Origin: a bacterium
GTDB taxonomy: Bacteria; UBA8248
Reading direction: 5' to 3'
NCBI GenBank assembly: GCA_965203325.1
Contig: OZ241875.1
Span: 32,001-96,000 of the forward strand
Length of the DNA: 64,000 nucleotides
Part shown: piece by piece, positions 1-10,870 of the stretch
Layout of the letters: each line of letters opens with the position of its first letter
How positions within the stretch are numbered: position 1 is the first letter of the stretch
Notes under the pieces: generated by a model
What the model saw: the letters and a program-made list of their open reading frames with translations, nothing else
Told to the model about the DNA's origin: nothing
Databases searched by the model: none
Program-made: the position numbers and the translations under genes

Positions 1-1107
1 GACATCATCGATTTCGGTATGGGGAACCCCGACCTCGCCACCCCGCCGCACATCGTGGAAAAACTCGTGGAAGCGGCGACGAACCCCAGAAATCATCGCT
101 ATAGCGCTTCGCGCGGCATCACCCGGCTGAGAGCGGCCATCGCCGATTGGTATGGCCGCCGCTACGATGTGAATATCGACCCCGAAGAGGAGTCCATCGT
201 CACCATCGGCGTGAAGGAGGGGCTCTCGCATCTGGCTTTGGCCATCACGAACCCGGGCGATTTGGTCATGGTGCCGAGCCCGACATACCCCATCCATACC
301 TACGCCATGGTGCTGGCGAACGGCAACGTGGTCCATGTGCCGCTCTCCCAGGGGGATGATTTCTTCGAAAACATGACCGACATCATCCGCCCGATATGGC
401 CGCGGCCGAAAATCCTCGTATTGAGTTTTCCGCACAACCCCACCACGGTTTGCGTGGACCTCGATTTTTTCGAAAAAGTCGTCGCCTTCGCGAAAGAATA
501 CAACCTCATCGTGGTCCATGATTTCGCCTATGCCGACTTAGGGTTCGACGGCTACGAGCCGCCCAGCATTTTGCAGGTGAAGGGAGCGAAGGATGTGAGC
601 GTGGAATTTTTCTCGCTCTCCAAGAGCTACTCCATGCCGGGATGGCGGATAGGCTTCGCCGTGGGGAACCGGGAGATCATCGGCGCACTCAGGCGCATCA
701 AGAGCTATCTCGATTACGGCGCGTTCCAGCCCATCCAGATTGCTTCCATCATCGCGCTCAACGGCTCCCAGGAGTGCGTCGAGGAGATCCGCCAGATTTA
801 TGAGAATCGCCGGGATGCGCTGTGCAACGGACTGGAGAGAATCGGCTGGCCCGTTCAGAAACCCAGAGGCACGATGTTCGTATGGGCGGAGATTCCTCAA
901 CAGTACAGGGAGATGGGTTCTCTGGAATTTTCGAAATTCCTGTTGAGGGAAACCGAGGTGGCCGTCTCGCCCGGCATTGGTTTCGGCGAGTTGGGCGACG
1001 GGCACGTCCGCTTCGCTCTCGTGGAGAATGAGCACCGGACACGTCAGGCGCTCAGAAATCTCCGTTCCCTGTTTCAGGAGAAAGCGCCCAGGCGAGCGGC
1101 GAGCTAG
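1..1107 (+). CDS. alaC: PLP-dependent class I/II aminotransferase (AlaC/YfdZ-like alanine transaminase), 5' truncated by window edge
   Basis: Frame open from base 1 ([11 protein letters not shown]); motifs [25 protein letters not shown] (PLP lysine); precedes hom. Confidence 0.85.
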   Translation, partial: DIIDFGMGNPDLATPPHIVEKLVEAATNPRNHRYSASRGITRLRAAIADWYGRRYDVNIDPEEESIVTIGVKEGLSHLALAITNPGDLVMVPSPTYPIHTYAMVLANGNVVHVPLSQGDDFFENMTDIIRPIWPRPKILVLSFPHNPTTVCVDLDFFEKVVAFAKEYNLIVVHDFAYADLGFDGYEPPSILQVKGAKDVSVEFFSLSKSYSMPGWRIGFAVGNREIIGALRRIKSYLDYGAFQPIQIASIIALNGSQECVEEIRQIYENRRDALCNGLERIGWPVQKPRGTMFVWAEIPQQYREMGSLEFSKFLLRETEVAVSPGIGFGELGDGHVRFALVENEHRTRQALRNLRSLFQEKAPRRAAS

Positions 1108-1133
1108 TTCGCCGTCCGCGGGGTAAAGATGAC

Positions 1134-2462
1134 ATGACGAAAATTTGCGTCGGCATATTGGGTCTGGGCACGGTCGGAAGCGGTGTGGTGAACTTGCTCG
1201 ATGAGCAGCGGGAGTTGATCAAAAGGCGCCTCGGCGTGGAGGTGTGCGTCTCCAGAATTGCGGATCGCAGCGTTTTCACCAAGAAAAAGACGGCGCGCGG
1301 GGTGGCTCCCGAGAATATCGGGACGGATTTCGAAGCCGTCATCGACGCGCCCGAGGTGCACGTGATCGCGGAACTGATTGGCGGTACGGATGATGCCAGA
1401 CGCCACATCCTGCGGGCGATCGGCAAGAAAAAGCCGGTGGTGACCGCAAACAAGGCGGTGCTCGCGGTTCACGGGGAAGAGATATTCGCCGAGGCGGAGA
1501 AGGCGGGTTGCCCGCTGGGTTTCGAGGCGTCCGTCGCAGGCGGCATTCCGATTGTCAGAAACTTACGCGAGGCTTTCGCGGCGGATAGAATCGAGAGGCT
1601 CGCCGGTATCCTGAACGGCACGTGCAACTATATCCTGAGCCGCATGACGGAGGTAGGCGCGGATTTCGGCGAAACGCTCAAGAGCGCTCAGGAACTCGGC
1701 TATGCGGAAGCCGATCCGGCATTTGATATCGACGGCGTCGATGCCTCGCACAAGATAGCAATCCTGGCGAACCTGGCCTATGGCACGCCCGTGGATGTCG
1801 AGGAATATCACACCGAAGGGATACGCCACATCACTTCCGTCGACATCGACATCGCCAAGGAGCTCGGCTTCCGAATCAAGCTCATCGCCACGGCTCAGGA
1901 GAAAGACGGGAAACTCGATATCCGCGTTCATCCGATGATGCTTCCCGAAAGCCACCCCCTCTCGCAGGTGGGCGGGGTCTACAACGCGGTGGCGGTCGCG
2001 GGAGTGAATGCCGGGCCGCAGGTTTTCATCGGCAAAGGCGCGGGTTCAGAGGCGACGGCTTCCGCCGTCGTGGGCGATATCATCGAAGTGGCGAGGTGGC
2101 TGAAAAACGGTGGCGACTCGCGGATTCCCGCCGCCGCTTTTTTGCCGGATCAGCGCGCGCGCCTCGACATCCTGACGCCCCGGGAAATTTCGACACGCTT
2201 CTACGTTCGCTTTGCGGCTTTGGACAAGCCGGGGGTGTTGAGCCGTATCTCCGGCGTTTTCGGCGATCACGACATCAGCCTCGAAACCGTCGTCCAGAAG
2301 GGCCGCGCCGACGAAGACGGCTATGCCCGTCTGGTGTTGCTCACCCACAAGGCGACGGAGGAGAACATGCAAAACGCACTCGGGGTAATTTCCCGCCTCG
2401 ACGTGGTGCAGCCTTCTTACGCGCTCGTGCGTGTGGAATCGGACGGCATGGCGTTCATGTGA
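1134..2462 (+). CDS. hom: Homoserine dehydrogenase with C-terminal ACT domain
   Basis: GLGTVGSG, VVTANKA, FEASVAGGIP, GILNGTCNYIL, GYAEADP; ACT motif DKPGVLSRISGVFG. Confidence 0.95.
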   Translation: MTKICVGILGLGTVGSGVVNLLDEQRELIKRRLGVEVCVSRIADRSVFTKKKTARGVAPENIGTDFEAVIDAPEVHVIAELIGGTDDARRHILRAIGKKKPVVTANKAVLAVHGEEIFAEAEKAGCPLGFEASVAGGIPIVRNLREAFAADRIERLAGILNGTCNYILSRMTEVGADFGETLKSAQELGYAEADPAFDIDGVDASHKIAILANLAYGTPVDVEEYHTEGIRHITSVDIDIAKELGFRIKLIATAQEKDGKLDIRVHPMMLPESHPLSQVGGVYNAVAVAGVNAGPQVFIGKGAGSEATASAVVGDIIEVARWLKNGGDSRIPAAAFLPDQRARLDILTPREISTRFYVRFAALDKPGVLSRISGVFGDHDISLETVVQKGRADEDGYARLVLLTHKATEENMQNALGVISRLDVVQPSYALVRVESDGMAFM

Positions 2463-2487
2463 TCGAGCAGACAAGGGTTCATCCCTG

Positions 2488-3738
2488 ATGCGGAAAATCT
2501 TGATGGTTCTCGCACGCGGCCTGGCCGACAGGCCGGTGGCGGACTTTGGTGGTGAAACGCCTTTGCAGAGGGCGCGCACGCCTGGCTTGGATCGCCTGGC
2601 CAATATGGGATTTTCCGGCCTGTGGTCTCCAACGCCTGAAGATGCGTATCCTTCTCTGGATGGATTTCTCAAGAAATTTTACGGCTCCTCCGGGGCACTC
2701 TCTTCCGGCCTGATGATGGCCGCCGCTGCCGGCCATCTTCCGGAAACGGGAGAAGCCGTCTTCCGGCTCAATTTCGTGTGCTTGAAGCCCGGCGCTACGA
2801 GCGTCGTCATGCTCGACCCGACGGGCTTCGGCGTCACGGACGAGGAGAACCGCGAACTCATCGCTTACCTGGAGCGGCAGATGCCGCCGGATGAGGGGGA
2901 ATCCTTCCGCTACGAATCCCTGGGCGGCTGTGAGGCGCTTCTCTTTTACAAGCGTGCGGGCGCGCCGCTTCCGCAAGAATCTTTCCGTGGCTTCTCGCCC
3001 CCGTATGCGATTACCGGAAGCCCCATCGGAGACCATATGCCGGTAGCGGAGGCGGCCCGGCGCTTCGTTCATTTCGTCAACGATTCCCAGATGGTGCTCT
3101 CCACCCACTCAGGCTTGAGGGAAAAGGCGCAAACCCGCATGTTCGCTGCAAACTCCGTTTGGCTTTGGGGAGGCGGCCTCGCCGCAGAGGACGGGCGGAT
3201 GTCGGAAAAAACCGGAGGCAGGAGTTCCGCCCTGATAACAGACTCGCAACTCGCTAAGGGTTTTGCCAAACTAGGCGGCGCGGATGTATATGAGCCGGGG
3301 GAGGAGACGCCCGTTACGGTGAGCGAGGCGCTTTCGAGCCATGATTTCGTCTGCCTGATAGAGGATGCGGACGACGTGTCCCCCTGGCGCGAACCGGAGG
3401 AGAAAATCAAGGCCATCGAGAAGTTCGACGCCGGGCTCATCTCGCCCCTGTTGGGAAGGCTGAGCGAGCCTTGCCGCATACTCGTGGCGGTGGATCATGG
3501 ATTCAGCGTGGAATCCCAGGAATGGACTGCCGATGCCGTCCCGTTCGCCATCGCGGATTTCGATGGAGAGAATTTGACGCAGCCGAAGCGTCCGGGAGGG
3601 TTGGCCGCTCTTTGGGAGTTGATGCGTGGCGGAGAAGGAAAACAAAAAAATTCGGCCGTCGGTTTTTCCGAAGAACTCGGGGGAGCGGGGCGCGTCTATT
3701 CGCTGAATGCAGTGAAAAAGCGGTTGTTCGCCGGGTGA
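2488..3738 (+). CDS. ApgM / BPG-independent phosphoglycerate mutase-like protein (alkaline phosphatase superfamily), catalytic residues degenerate
   Basis: GETPLQRARTPGLDRLA, FRLNFV, ANSVWLWGGG, KIKAIEKFD, VDH..TADAVPF; ATG at 2488 preferred over 2431. Confidence 0.75.
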   Translation: MRKILMVLARGLADRPVADFGGETPLQRARTPGLDRLANMGFSGLWSPTPEDAYPSLDGFLKKFYGSSGALSSGLMMAAAAGHLPETGEAVFRLNFVCLKPGATSVVMLDPTGFGVTDEENRELIAYLERQMPPDEGESFRYESLGGCEALLFYKRAGAPLPQESFRGFSPPYAITGSPIGDHMPVAEAARRFVHFVNDSQMVLSTHSGLREKAQTRMFAANSVWLWGGGLAAEDGRMSEKTGGRSSALITDSQLAKGFAKLGGADVYEPGEETPVTVSEALSSHDFVCLIEDADDVSPWREPEEKIKAIEKFDAGLISPLLGRLSEPCRILVAVDHGFSVESQEWTADAVPFAIADFDGENLTQPKRPGGLAALWELMRGGEGKQKNSAVGFSEELGGAGRVYSLNAVKKRLFAG

Positions 3739-3748
3739 TGGGGATAAA

Positions 3749-4957
3749 ATGAGTCTGGTCGTAAAAAAATTCGGTGGTACCTCGGTCGCGAACCTGGAAA
3801 AGATTCGCGGCGTGGTCAAGCGAGTCTCGGGGGCGAGAAGTTCCTGGGAGCACATCATCGTCGTGGTGAGCGCGATGGCGGGGGAAACCGACAAGCTCAT
3901 CCGGTTCGCGCATGCGCTTTCGCCTCAGCCGGTGGGGCGGGAGATGGATTTGCTGCTCACCTCGGGGGAGCGCATTGCGAGTTCGCTTTTGGCCATCGCC
4001 CTCGATGCGGTTGGAATCCCGGCCATATCCCTGACGGGCGGGCAGGCGGGCATTCTGACGGAAGGCGACCATACCCGCGCCCGCGTGCGCTCCATCCGCC
4101 CGGCGAGGGTTGTAAAGGAACTCGAGGAGGGGAAGGTGGTCGTCGCCGCGGGCTTTCAGGGCGTCGATGCGTTCGATGAGGAGACGACGCTGGGGCGCGG
4201 GGGCTCCGACCTCACCGCCGTGGCCTTGGCTGCGGCGCTTGAAGCGGACCGCTGTGAGATTTATACCGATGTGGACGGGGTGTACACGGCCGACCCGCGC
4301 CTTGTGCCCGACGCGAAGCGCATGGAGCAGATATCGTTTGAGGAGATGATGGAACTCGCGTCCCTGGGCGCGAAAGTGCTGCAGGCGCGCTCTGTGGATC
4401 TGGCGGCGAAGTATGACCTGCCGCTCGTCGTCCGGTCCGCGTTTGATGAAGGAGAGGGAACGTTGATCATTCCAGAGTCGACGGGAATCGAGTCTCCCGC
4501 CGTTCGCGGCGTGAGCTGCGATTCGAAGCAATCGAAACTCACGATTAGCGCCGTGCCCGACAGGCCCGGCATCGCCGCCGCTCTCTTCGGCCGTTTGGCC
4601 GAGAAATCCATCATGGTGGACATGATCGTCCAGAACGTGAGTGAAAACGGCATGACGGACATCTCCATCACGGTGAACAGCGACATGGCGCAGCAAGCCG
4701 AGCAAATCATGGTGGAATCGAATGAATCCTTCGGCGGAGCCGCCATCTCCCGCGATGACGACATCGCGAAAGTCTCCGTCGTGGGCGTGGGCATGAAGAG
4801 CCAGGCCGGCGTGGCGGCGCGCGTTTTCTCCGCTTTGGCGAGAAGCCGCATCAACATCATGATGATCTCGACTTCCGAGATTTCCATATCCGTCGTGGTG
4901 GGCCAGGCGGACTCCGAGAATTCGGTGCGCGTCCTTCATAAGGAGTTTATCGGTTGA
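3749..4957 (+). CDS. lysC: Aspartate kinase
   Basis: [39 protein letters not shown]; two ACT domains. Confidence 0.96.
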   Translation: MSLVVKKFGGTSVANLEKIRGVVKRVSGARSSWEHIIVVVSAMAGETDKLIRFAHALSPQPVGREMDLLLTSGERIASSLLAIALDAVGIPAISLTGGQAGILTEGDHTRARVRSIRPARVVKELEEGKVVVAAGFQGVDAFDEETTLGRGGSDLTAVALAAALEADRCEIYTDVDGVYTADPRLVPDAKRMEQISFEEMMELASLGAKVLQARSVDLAAKYDLPLVVRSAFDEGEGTLIIPESTGIESPAVRGVSCDSKQSKLTISAVPDRPGIAAALFGRLAEKSIMVDMIVQNVSENGMTDISITVNSDMAQQAEQIMVESNESFGGAAISRDDDIAKVSVVGVGMKSQAGVAARVFSALARSRINIMMISTSEISISVVVGQADSENSVRVLHKEFIG

Positions 4958-5931
4958 GCGATGCGTTGACGTTTCAGGAAGTGATCATGGGGCTGGAGAA
5001 GTTCTGGTCGCAAAAAGGATGCGTCATCCAGCAGCCATACGACATCGAGGTGGGCGCGGGCACCATGAACCCGGCCACTTTTCTGCGCGCCCTCGGCCCC
5101 GAGCCCTGGAAGGTGGCCTACGTCGAGCCCAGCAGGAGGCCCACGGACGGCCGCTACGGTGAGAACCCGAACAGGCTGCAGCATTATTATCAATATCAGG
5201 TGATTCTGAAACCCTCGCCCATCGACGTGCAGGAGCAGTATCTCGAAAGTCTGGAGAGTTTGGGAATCGACCCGCTCGAGCACGATATCCGCTTCGTCGA
5301 AGACGACTGGGAATCCCCCAACCTGGGCGCTTGGGGTCTGGGCTGGGAGGTGTGGCTCGACGGTATGGAGGTCACGCAGTTCACGTATTTTCAACAGGCG
5401 GGCGGGCTGGACCTGGAAATGGTGTCCGCGGAATTGACTTATGGAATCGAGCGCATCGCCATGTACTTACAAGAGGTGGAAAGCGTGTATGACCTCATCT
5501 GGGCGCGGGATACCGATGACGGAGTCATCAAATACGCCGACGTGCACCATCAGACGGAAGTGGAGTTCAGCCATTACAATTTCGAGGAAGCGGACGTAAA
5601 AATCCATTTTGATATATTTGATAAATACGAGGCCGAAGGGTTGCGTCTCGTGGAGAAGGGCCTCACGTTTCCCGCCTACGATCACGCCCTCAAGTGTTCG
5701 CACACCTTCAATCTTCTGGATGCGCGAGGAGCCATCAGCGTGAGTGAGCGGGCGCGCTATATCGGCAGAATCAGAAAAATGGCGCGTGCGTGCGCCGAGA
5801 GCTATCTGAAATCCCGCTATGAGGCCGGTTTCCCTCTCATCAGGGACGAAGCGCAGCGAAAGGAACATCTCGATCTTTACGCCGCTCAATTCGATACGGA
5901 AGAAGCGAAGTCGAACGTGGGCGAGGAATAG
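4954..5931 (+). CDS. glyQ: Glycine--tRNA ligase alpha subunit
   Basis: [55 protein letters not shown]. Confidence 0.97.
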   Translation: MSDALTFQEVIMGLEKFWSQKGCVIQQPYDIEVGAGTMNPATFLRALGPEPWKVAYVEPSRRPTDGRYGENPNRLQHYYQYQVILKPSPIDVQEQYLESLESLGIDPLEHDIRFVEDDWESPNLGAWGLGWEVWLDGMEVTQFTYFQQAGGLDLEMVSAELTYGIERIAMYLQEVESVYDLIWARDTDDGVIKYADVHHQTEVEFSHYNFEEADVKIHFDIFDKYEAEGLRLVEKGLTFPAYDHALKCSHTFNLLDARGAISVSERARYIGRIRKMARACAESYLKSRYEAGFPLIRDEAQRKEHLDLYAAQFDTEEAKSNVGEE

Positions 5932-5942
5932 AGGGTTTCAGT

Positions 5943-8141
5943 TTGGGCAAAGAACTGCTTTTTGAAATCGGGACCGAGGAGATCCCCTCGACCTACATGC
6001 CGGGGATGATAGCTGCGCTCAAGGACCGGGCGGAGGCGGCGTTTGACGAGGCGCGCCTTGATTGCGAAGGTCTGGAGACGTTCGGGACGCCCAGAAGGCT
6101 CGTCTTGCATGTAGCCGATTTGGCGGAGCGCCAGAAACCGCTTCAAGAGGAGATACTGGGCCCGCCGGTGAAAAATGCGTTCGATGAAGACGGGAATCCG
6201 ACGAAAGCGGCTCTCGGCTTCGCCCGGACGAATGGGGTGGAGGTGTCCGAGCTCAAGCAGGTGGACACGCCCAAGGGCGCGCGCCTGATGTATTTCAGGG
6301 AAGACTTGGGGGATGAGGCCGGGACCGTGCTGGGGTCTTTGCTCTCGAAACTGGTTCAGGAATTGCCGTCTCCCAAATCCATGCGTTGGGGAGTGGGCAA
6401 GTTTTCTTTTGTTCGGCCCGTGCAATGGATTCTGGCCCTTTATGGGCAAGAATGCATCGATGGTCCTGCACCGGATGAGGATACATCGCTCCCGCTATTT
6501 TCTTCAGTCACGTACGGGCATAGGTTTCATCAGAATAAACAATTAAATATCAATAATTATCAGGAATATATTCATGTACTACATAAGAACATTGTGGAGC
6601 CTGTCGTCGATGACGGAAAGGGCGGCGGGCGGGTTCCCATGGTGCGAGCGGACGTCCTGGAGGTAGCCGGGTCCCTGGACGCCGAGCCGGCGGCGGACCC
6701 GGAGGCCGTGGAGCGTTTGGTGGAGAAGGTGGCGCATCTGGTGGAGTGGCCGTTTCCTGTGGCGTGCGGCTTCGATGAAAAATTTCTCGATCTCCCGGGT
6801 GAAGTCATCATCTCTACCCTGGAGGTGCACCAAAGATGTTTTGCGCTCAGGGAAAAGGGAGGGGAGAGGCTCATTCCTTCCTTCATCGGCGTGAGCAACA
6901 CCCATGCGAAGGACATGAGCGTCGTGCGGAAAGGATATGAACGCGTCGTGCGCGCGAGGTTGGAGGACGCGGAATTTTACTGGCGCCAGGACCTCGCGAC
7001 ACCCCTCGCCGAAATGGCGGAGGAGCTCAAGGGCGTGGTTTATCACCCGAGGCTGGGCACGAGTTGGGACAAGGTGGAGCGGTTCAGACGCCTGGGCGCG
7101 TGGCTTTGCGAAAAACTCGCGCCGGAAGACGGCGCGTTGGCGAAAACCGTGGACGAGGCGGCATATCTCTGCAAGGCGGATTTAACCAGCGGCATGGTGT
7201 ATGAATTCCCGGAGCTTCAGGGCGTCATGGGCCGGCGCTATGCCGAGCGCGAGGGCAGGAGCGAGGCGGTATCCCGCGCCATATATGAGCATTATCTCCC
7301 CAGAGGCGAGGGAGACGATCTCCCTGGAGACCGCGCAGGCGCCATCGTGGGGCTCGCAGACCGTATGGACACCATCGTCGGCATGTTGGGGTTGGGCTAC
7401 CTGCCAAGCGGCTCGGAAGACCCTTATGCGCTGAGGCGTGCGGCGAATGCCATTTTGCTCATTCTGGAGGAGCGGGGTTTCAGAATCTCACTGCCCGAAT
7501 GGGTGGAAGTCGCGAGCGAGCCTCTGGCGGATAAGTTCAAGGGAGATTCCGCCGAGGCGGCTGAAAGGATTCTGGGTTTTCTGCGCAACCGGGTGTCCGC
7601 CTATCTTTCGCGTGGCGGCGCGCGAGGCGATCTGGTGGAAGCGGTGCTCGCTGCGGGAGAGGATTCCGGCTGGCGTGACGTGCTGGACGCGCGGGCGCGG
7701 CTTCGCGCACTAGAGCGGCTGGCCTCGAGCGAAGAGACCTTCGAGCCGCTCACGACGACCTTCAAGCGGGTGAGCAACATCATCCGGCAGGCGAAAGAGG
7801 GCGGTGAGCATGATGAGGCGACCAGCCTGGATGAGCTTCTTCTCGTGGATGACGCCGAGAAGAAGCTGAACGCATCTTTGTGCGCGGTTTCAGAAACAGT
7901 AGAGAAAGCGTTGGCGAACGTGCAGGCAGGAGACGCCGCCTCTTTGGAGGAAGCTTATGTTTCGGCGAATACCTCCATTGCGGAAATTCGTCCGGTGGTG
8001 GATGATTTTTTCGACGAGGTGATGGTGATGGCCGAGGACGCCGCCTTGCGGAGAAACCGCCTTGCGCTGATGGCCGACGTCGGCGCGCTGTTTTCGGCGA
8101 ATGCGGATTTCACAAAAATTCAATTGAGGGCGACGAGATAA
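5943..8141 (+). CDS. glyS: Glycine--tRNA ligase beta subunit
   Basis: LLFEIGTEEIP, TPRRL, PKSMRWG, EFPELQGVMG, GSEDPYALRR, RRNRLAL. Confidence 0.96.
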   Translation: MGKELLFEIGTEEIPSTYMPGMIAALKDRAEAAFDEARLDCEGLETFGTPRRLVLHVADLAERQKPLQEEILGPPVKNAFDEDGNPTKAALGFARTNGVEVSELKQVDTPKGARLMYFREDLGDEAGTVLGSLLSKLVQELPSPKSMRWGVGKFSFVRPVQWILALYGQECIDGPAPDEDTSLPLFSSVTYGHRFHQNKQLNINNYQEYIHVLHKNIVEPVVDDGKGGGRVPMVRADVLEVAGSLDAEPAADPEAVERLVEKVAHLVEWPFPVACGFDEKFLDLPGEVIISTLEVHQRCFALREKGGERLIPSFIGVSNTHAKDMSVVRKGYERVVRARLEDAEFYWRQDLATPLAEMAEELKGVVYHPRLGTSWDKVERFRRLGAWLCEKLAPEDGALAKTVDEAAYLCKADLTSGMVYEFPELQGVMGRRYAEREGRSEAVSRAIYEHYLPRGEGDDLPGDRAGAIVGLADRMDTIVGMLGLGYLPSGSEDPYALRRAANAILLILEERGFRISLPEWVEVASEPLADKFKGDSAEAAERILGFLRNRVSAYLSRGGARGDLVEAVLAAGEDSGWRDVLDARARLRALERLASSEETFEPLTTTFKRVSNIIRQAKEGGEHDEATSLDELLLVDDAEKKLNASLCAVSETVEKALANVQAGDAASLEEAYVSANTSIAEIRPVVDDFFDEVMVMAEDAALRRNRLALMADVGALFSANADFTKIQLRATR

Positions 8142-8208
8142 TCGGAGTTGTTTTCAGCCACCCATATCTATTGTGCAGACGCGCGAGGGGCGCGGGAGGA
8201 TGCAGGTG

Positions 8209-10857
8209 ATGACGGAGAAGATGATTTATTCCTTTGGTGCCGGGCGAACCGACGGCAGCGCCGATATGCGTAATCTGCTGGGTGGCAAGGGCGCGAATCT
8301 CGCGGAGATGGCGAGTCTGGACATACCAGTGCCGCCGGGCTTTACCATCACCACGCAGGTTTGTGTCGATTACCTGAAAGAAAACGCGCTTCCCGGGGGC
8401 CTCTGGGAGGGCGTGAAGGAGCAGATGGCGCGTCTCGAAGAGGCGATGGGGGCGCAATTCGGCGGCGATGAGAATCCGCTTTTGGTGAGCGTGCGCTCGG
8501 GTGCGCGCGATTCGATGCCGGGCATGATGGATACCGTTCTGAATCTCGGGATGAACGACAAGACGGTCGCCGCCCTCGAGAAAAAATCGGGCAACCGGCG
8601 CTTCGCATACGACAGCTATCGCAGGTTCATCAACATGTTCGGCAACGTGGTTCTCGAAATGGAGCACCACGACTTCGAATCGAAGATCGAGGCCATGAAA
8701 CAGCGCAAAGGCGCCGGGTCCGATCTGGATCTGACGGCGGACGACCTGGTCGAACTGGTGAATGAATACGCCGCCCTTGTCGAAGAAAAAACGGGTGCGA
8801 GTTTCCCCCAGGACCCTTACGAGCAACTCCGGCTGGCCATCGAGGCGGTGTTCAAATCCTGGAACAACGATCGCGCCTTCACCTACCGCAGGCTGTATCA
8901 CATTCCCCATGACTGGGGCACCGCCGTGAACGTGCAGTGCATGGTGTACGGCAATATGGGGGAGGATTGCGGCACCGGGGTCGCTTTCTCGCGCAACCCC
9001 GCGACGGGCGAGGATGTCCTCTATGGCGAGATTCTCTTCAACGCCCAGGGTGAAGACGTGGTGGCCGGCATCCGGACGCCCGAGCCCATCGAAAGCCTCA
9101 AGGCGAAGATGCCCGAATGTTACGCCGAGTTTGAAGGCATCACCGAGAAGCTCGAAGCGCATTACAAAGACATGCAGGACATGGAGTTCACGATTCAGAA
9201 CGGGCGTCTTTTCATGCTCCAGACGAGAAACGGAAAGCGAACCGCGGCGGCGGCCGTGCGAATCGCCATCCAGTTGGTGAGGGAAGGCGTGATAGACAGG
9301 CGAACCGCTTTGAAAATGGTGGACCCCGACAGCCTGGATCAGTTGCTGCATCCGATGATCGACGCCGAGGGGGAATTGAAAGTAGTGGCCACGGGTCTGG
9401 CCGCGTCGCCCGGGGCCGCGGTGGGCCGGGTGGTCTTCACCGCGGCGGATGCGGTCGAGCGGGCAGAAGCGGGGGACCCCGTGATTCTCGTGCGCCAGGA
9501 GACGAGCCCCGAAGACATCAACGGGATGAACGTATCTCAGGGCATTCTTACGGCGCGGGGCGGACTCACCTCGCACGCGGCCGTCGTTGCGAGACAGATG
9601 GGGAAATGCTGCGTCACAGGGTGCAGCGCCTTGAACGTGAAGGCCGACGAGAAGGTGATCCTCGTGAACGGCGAGACGGTGTCGGAAGGTGATCATATTT
9701 CCTTGAACGGTACTACCGGAGAGGTGATTCTGGGTGAGGCGAAGCTCAAGCAGCCCGAGCTTTCGGGGGATTTCGCCACCCTGATGGAATGGGCGGACGA
9801 GCTCCGAACTTTGGGCGTTCGCGCCAACGCCGATACGGTGATGGATAGCGAGGCGGCCATCAAATTCGGCTGCGAGGGAATCGGCCTGTGCCGCACGGAG
9901 CACATGTTCTTCGAGGGAGAGCGCATCGACTACGTGCGCGCGATGATTCTGGCATCTACCGAGGAGGGGAGGCGGGATGCGCTTGATCACCTCCTGCCCA
10001 TGCAGCGCGAGGATTTCGTCGGCATCTTCGAGGTGATGAAAGAAAGGCCTGTGACGATCAGGCTGCTGGATCCGCCGCTTCACGAGTTCTTGCCCAAAAC
10101 GAAAGAAGACATGGAGCATGTGGCCAAGCTGCTGGGTGTGGACCCCGACGCGGTGCGCCATGCCACCGAGGCGACCGAAGAGCAGAATCCCATGCTGGGC
10201 CACCGGGGTTGTCGTCTGGTGGTCACCTATCCTGAAATCGCCGAAATGCAGGTGCGCGCCATCATCGAGGCGGCTTGCGAGATGAAATCGCGAGGCGTGG
10301 ACGTGTTGCCTGAAATCATGATTCCGCTCACCTCGGGCATAGGGGAATGGGAGTTCAATCGCGACATCGTGCACGACATCGCCGGAAAGGTGATTGAGGA
10401 AAAAGGCGTCACGCCCCGGTATCTCACGGGCACGATGATCGAAATTCCCAGGGCTTGCCTCCTGGCGGGAGAGATTGCCGACAGCGCGGAATTCTTCAGT
10501 TTCGGCACGAACGATCTGACGCAGTTGACCTATGGCTTGAGCCGTGACGACGCGGGCTGGTTCCTGCCCAAATACATCGAAAAAGAGCTGATTCCCAGAG
10601 ATCCGTTCGTGGCCGTCGACCGCGAGGGAGTGGGTGAGATGGTGCAAATCGGCATCGAGCGCGGCCGCGCGAGACGGGAGAATCTCGAGGTGGGCATCTG
10701 CGGGGAGCATGGCGGGGAACCCACCTCGGTCGAGTTTTGTCACATGATGAAAATGGATTACGTCTCTTGCGCGCCGTACCGGGCCCCGATCGCGAGGCTC
10801 GCCGCCGCTCAGGCGACCATCACGCACGGCTCATACCAGACTGTCGAAATCCATTGA
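8209..10857 (+). CDS. ppdK: Pyruvate, phosphate dikinase
   Basis: LGGKGANLAEM, VSVRSGA, GGLTSHAAVVAR (phospho-His), GIGLCRTEHMF, FSFGTNDLTQ, GICGEHGG; GGAGG SD at 8195-8199. Confidence 0.97.
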   Translation: MTEKMIYSFGAGRTDGSADMRNLLGGKGANLAEMASLDIPVPPGFTITTQVCVDYLKENALPGGLWEGVKEQMARLEEAMGAQFGGDENPLLVSVRSGARDSMPGMMDTVLNLGMNDKTVAALEKKSGNRRFAYDSYRRFINMFGNVVLEMEHHDFESKIEAMKQRKGAGSDLDLTADDLVELVNEYAALVEEKTGASFPQDPYEQLRLAIEAVFKSWNNDRAFTYRRLYHIPHDWGTAVNVQCMVYGNMGEDCGTGVAFSRNPATGEDVLYGEILFNAQGEDVVAGIRTPEPIESLKAKMPECYAEFEGITEKLEAHYKDMQDMEFTIQNGRLFMLQTRNGKRTAAAAVRIAIQLVREGVIDRRTALKMVDPDSLDQLLHPMIDAEGELKVVATGLAASPGAAVGRVVFTAADAVERAEAGDPVILVRQETSPEDINGMNVSQGILTARGGLTSHAAVVARQMGKCCVTGCSALNVKADEKVILVNGETVSEGDHISLNGTTGEVILGEAKLKQPELSGDFATLMEWADELRTLGVRANADTVMDSEAAIKFGCEGIGLCRTEHMFFEGERIDYVRAMILASTEEGRRDALDHLLPMQREDFVGIFEVMKERPVTIRLLDPPLHEFLPKTKEDMEHVAKLLGVDPDAVRHATEATEEQNPMLGHRGCRLVVTYPEIAEMQVRAIIEAACEMKSRGVDVLPEIMIPLTSGIGEWEFNRDIVHDIAGKVIEEKGVTPRYLTGTMIEIPRACLLAGEIADSAEFFSFGTNDLTQLTYGLSRDDAGWFLPKYIEKELIPRDPFVAVDREGVGEMVQIGIERGRARRENLEVGICGEHGGEPTSVEFCHMMKMDYVSCAPYRAPIARLAAAQATITHGSYQTVEIH

Positions 10858-10870
10858 GCAGGATTTCCCT

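Noticed and set aside
6521..6600. glyS AT patch as a DGR repeat, dif site or origin
   Set aside because: No partner repeat or reverse transcriptase, no ATAA-N6-TTAT core, no DnaA boxes seen.
8110..10827. 905-aa minus-strand ORF (and similar long antisense ORFs over lysC, ribB, proS, ftsH, ahcY)
   Set aside because: Shadow frames antisense to well-conserved genes, expected from GC-rich codon bias; no recognisable motifs.
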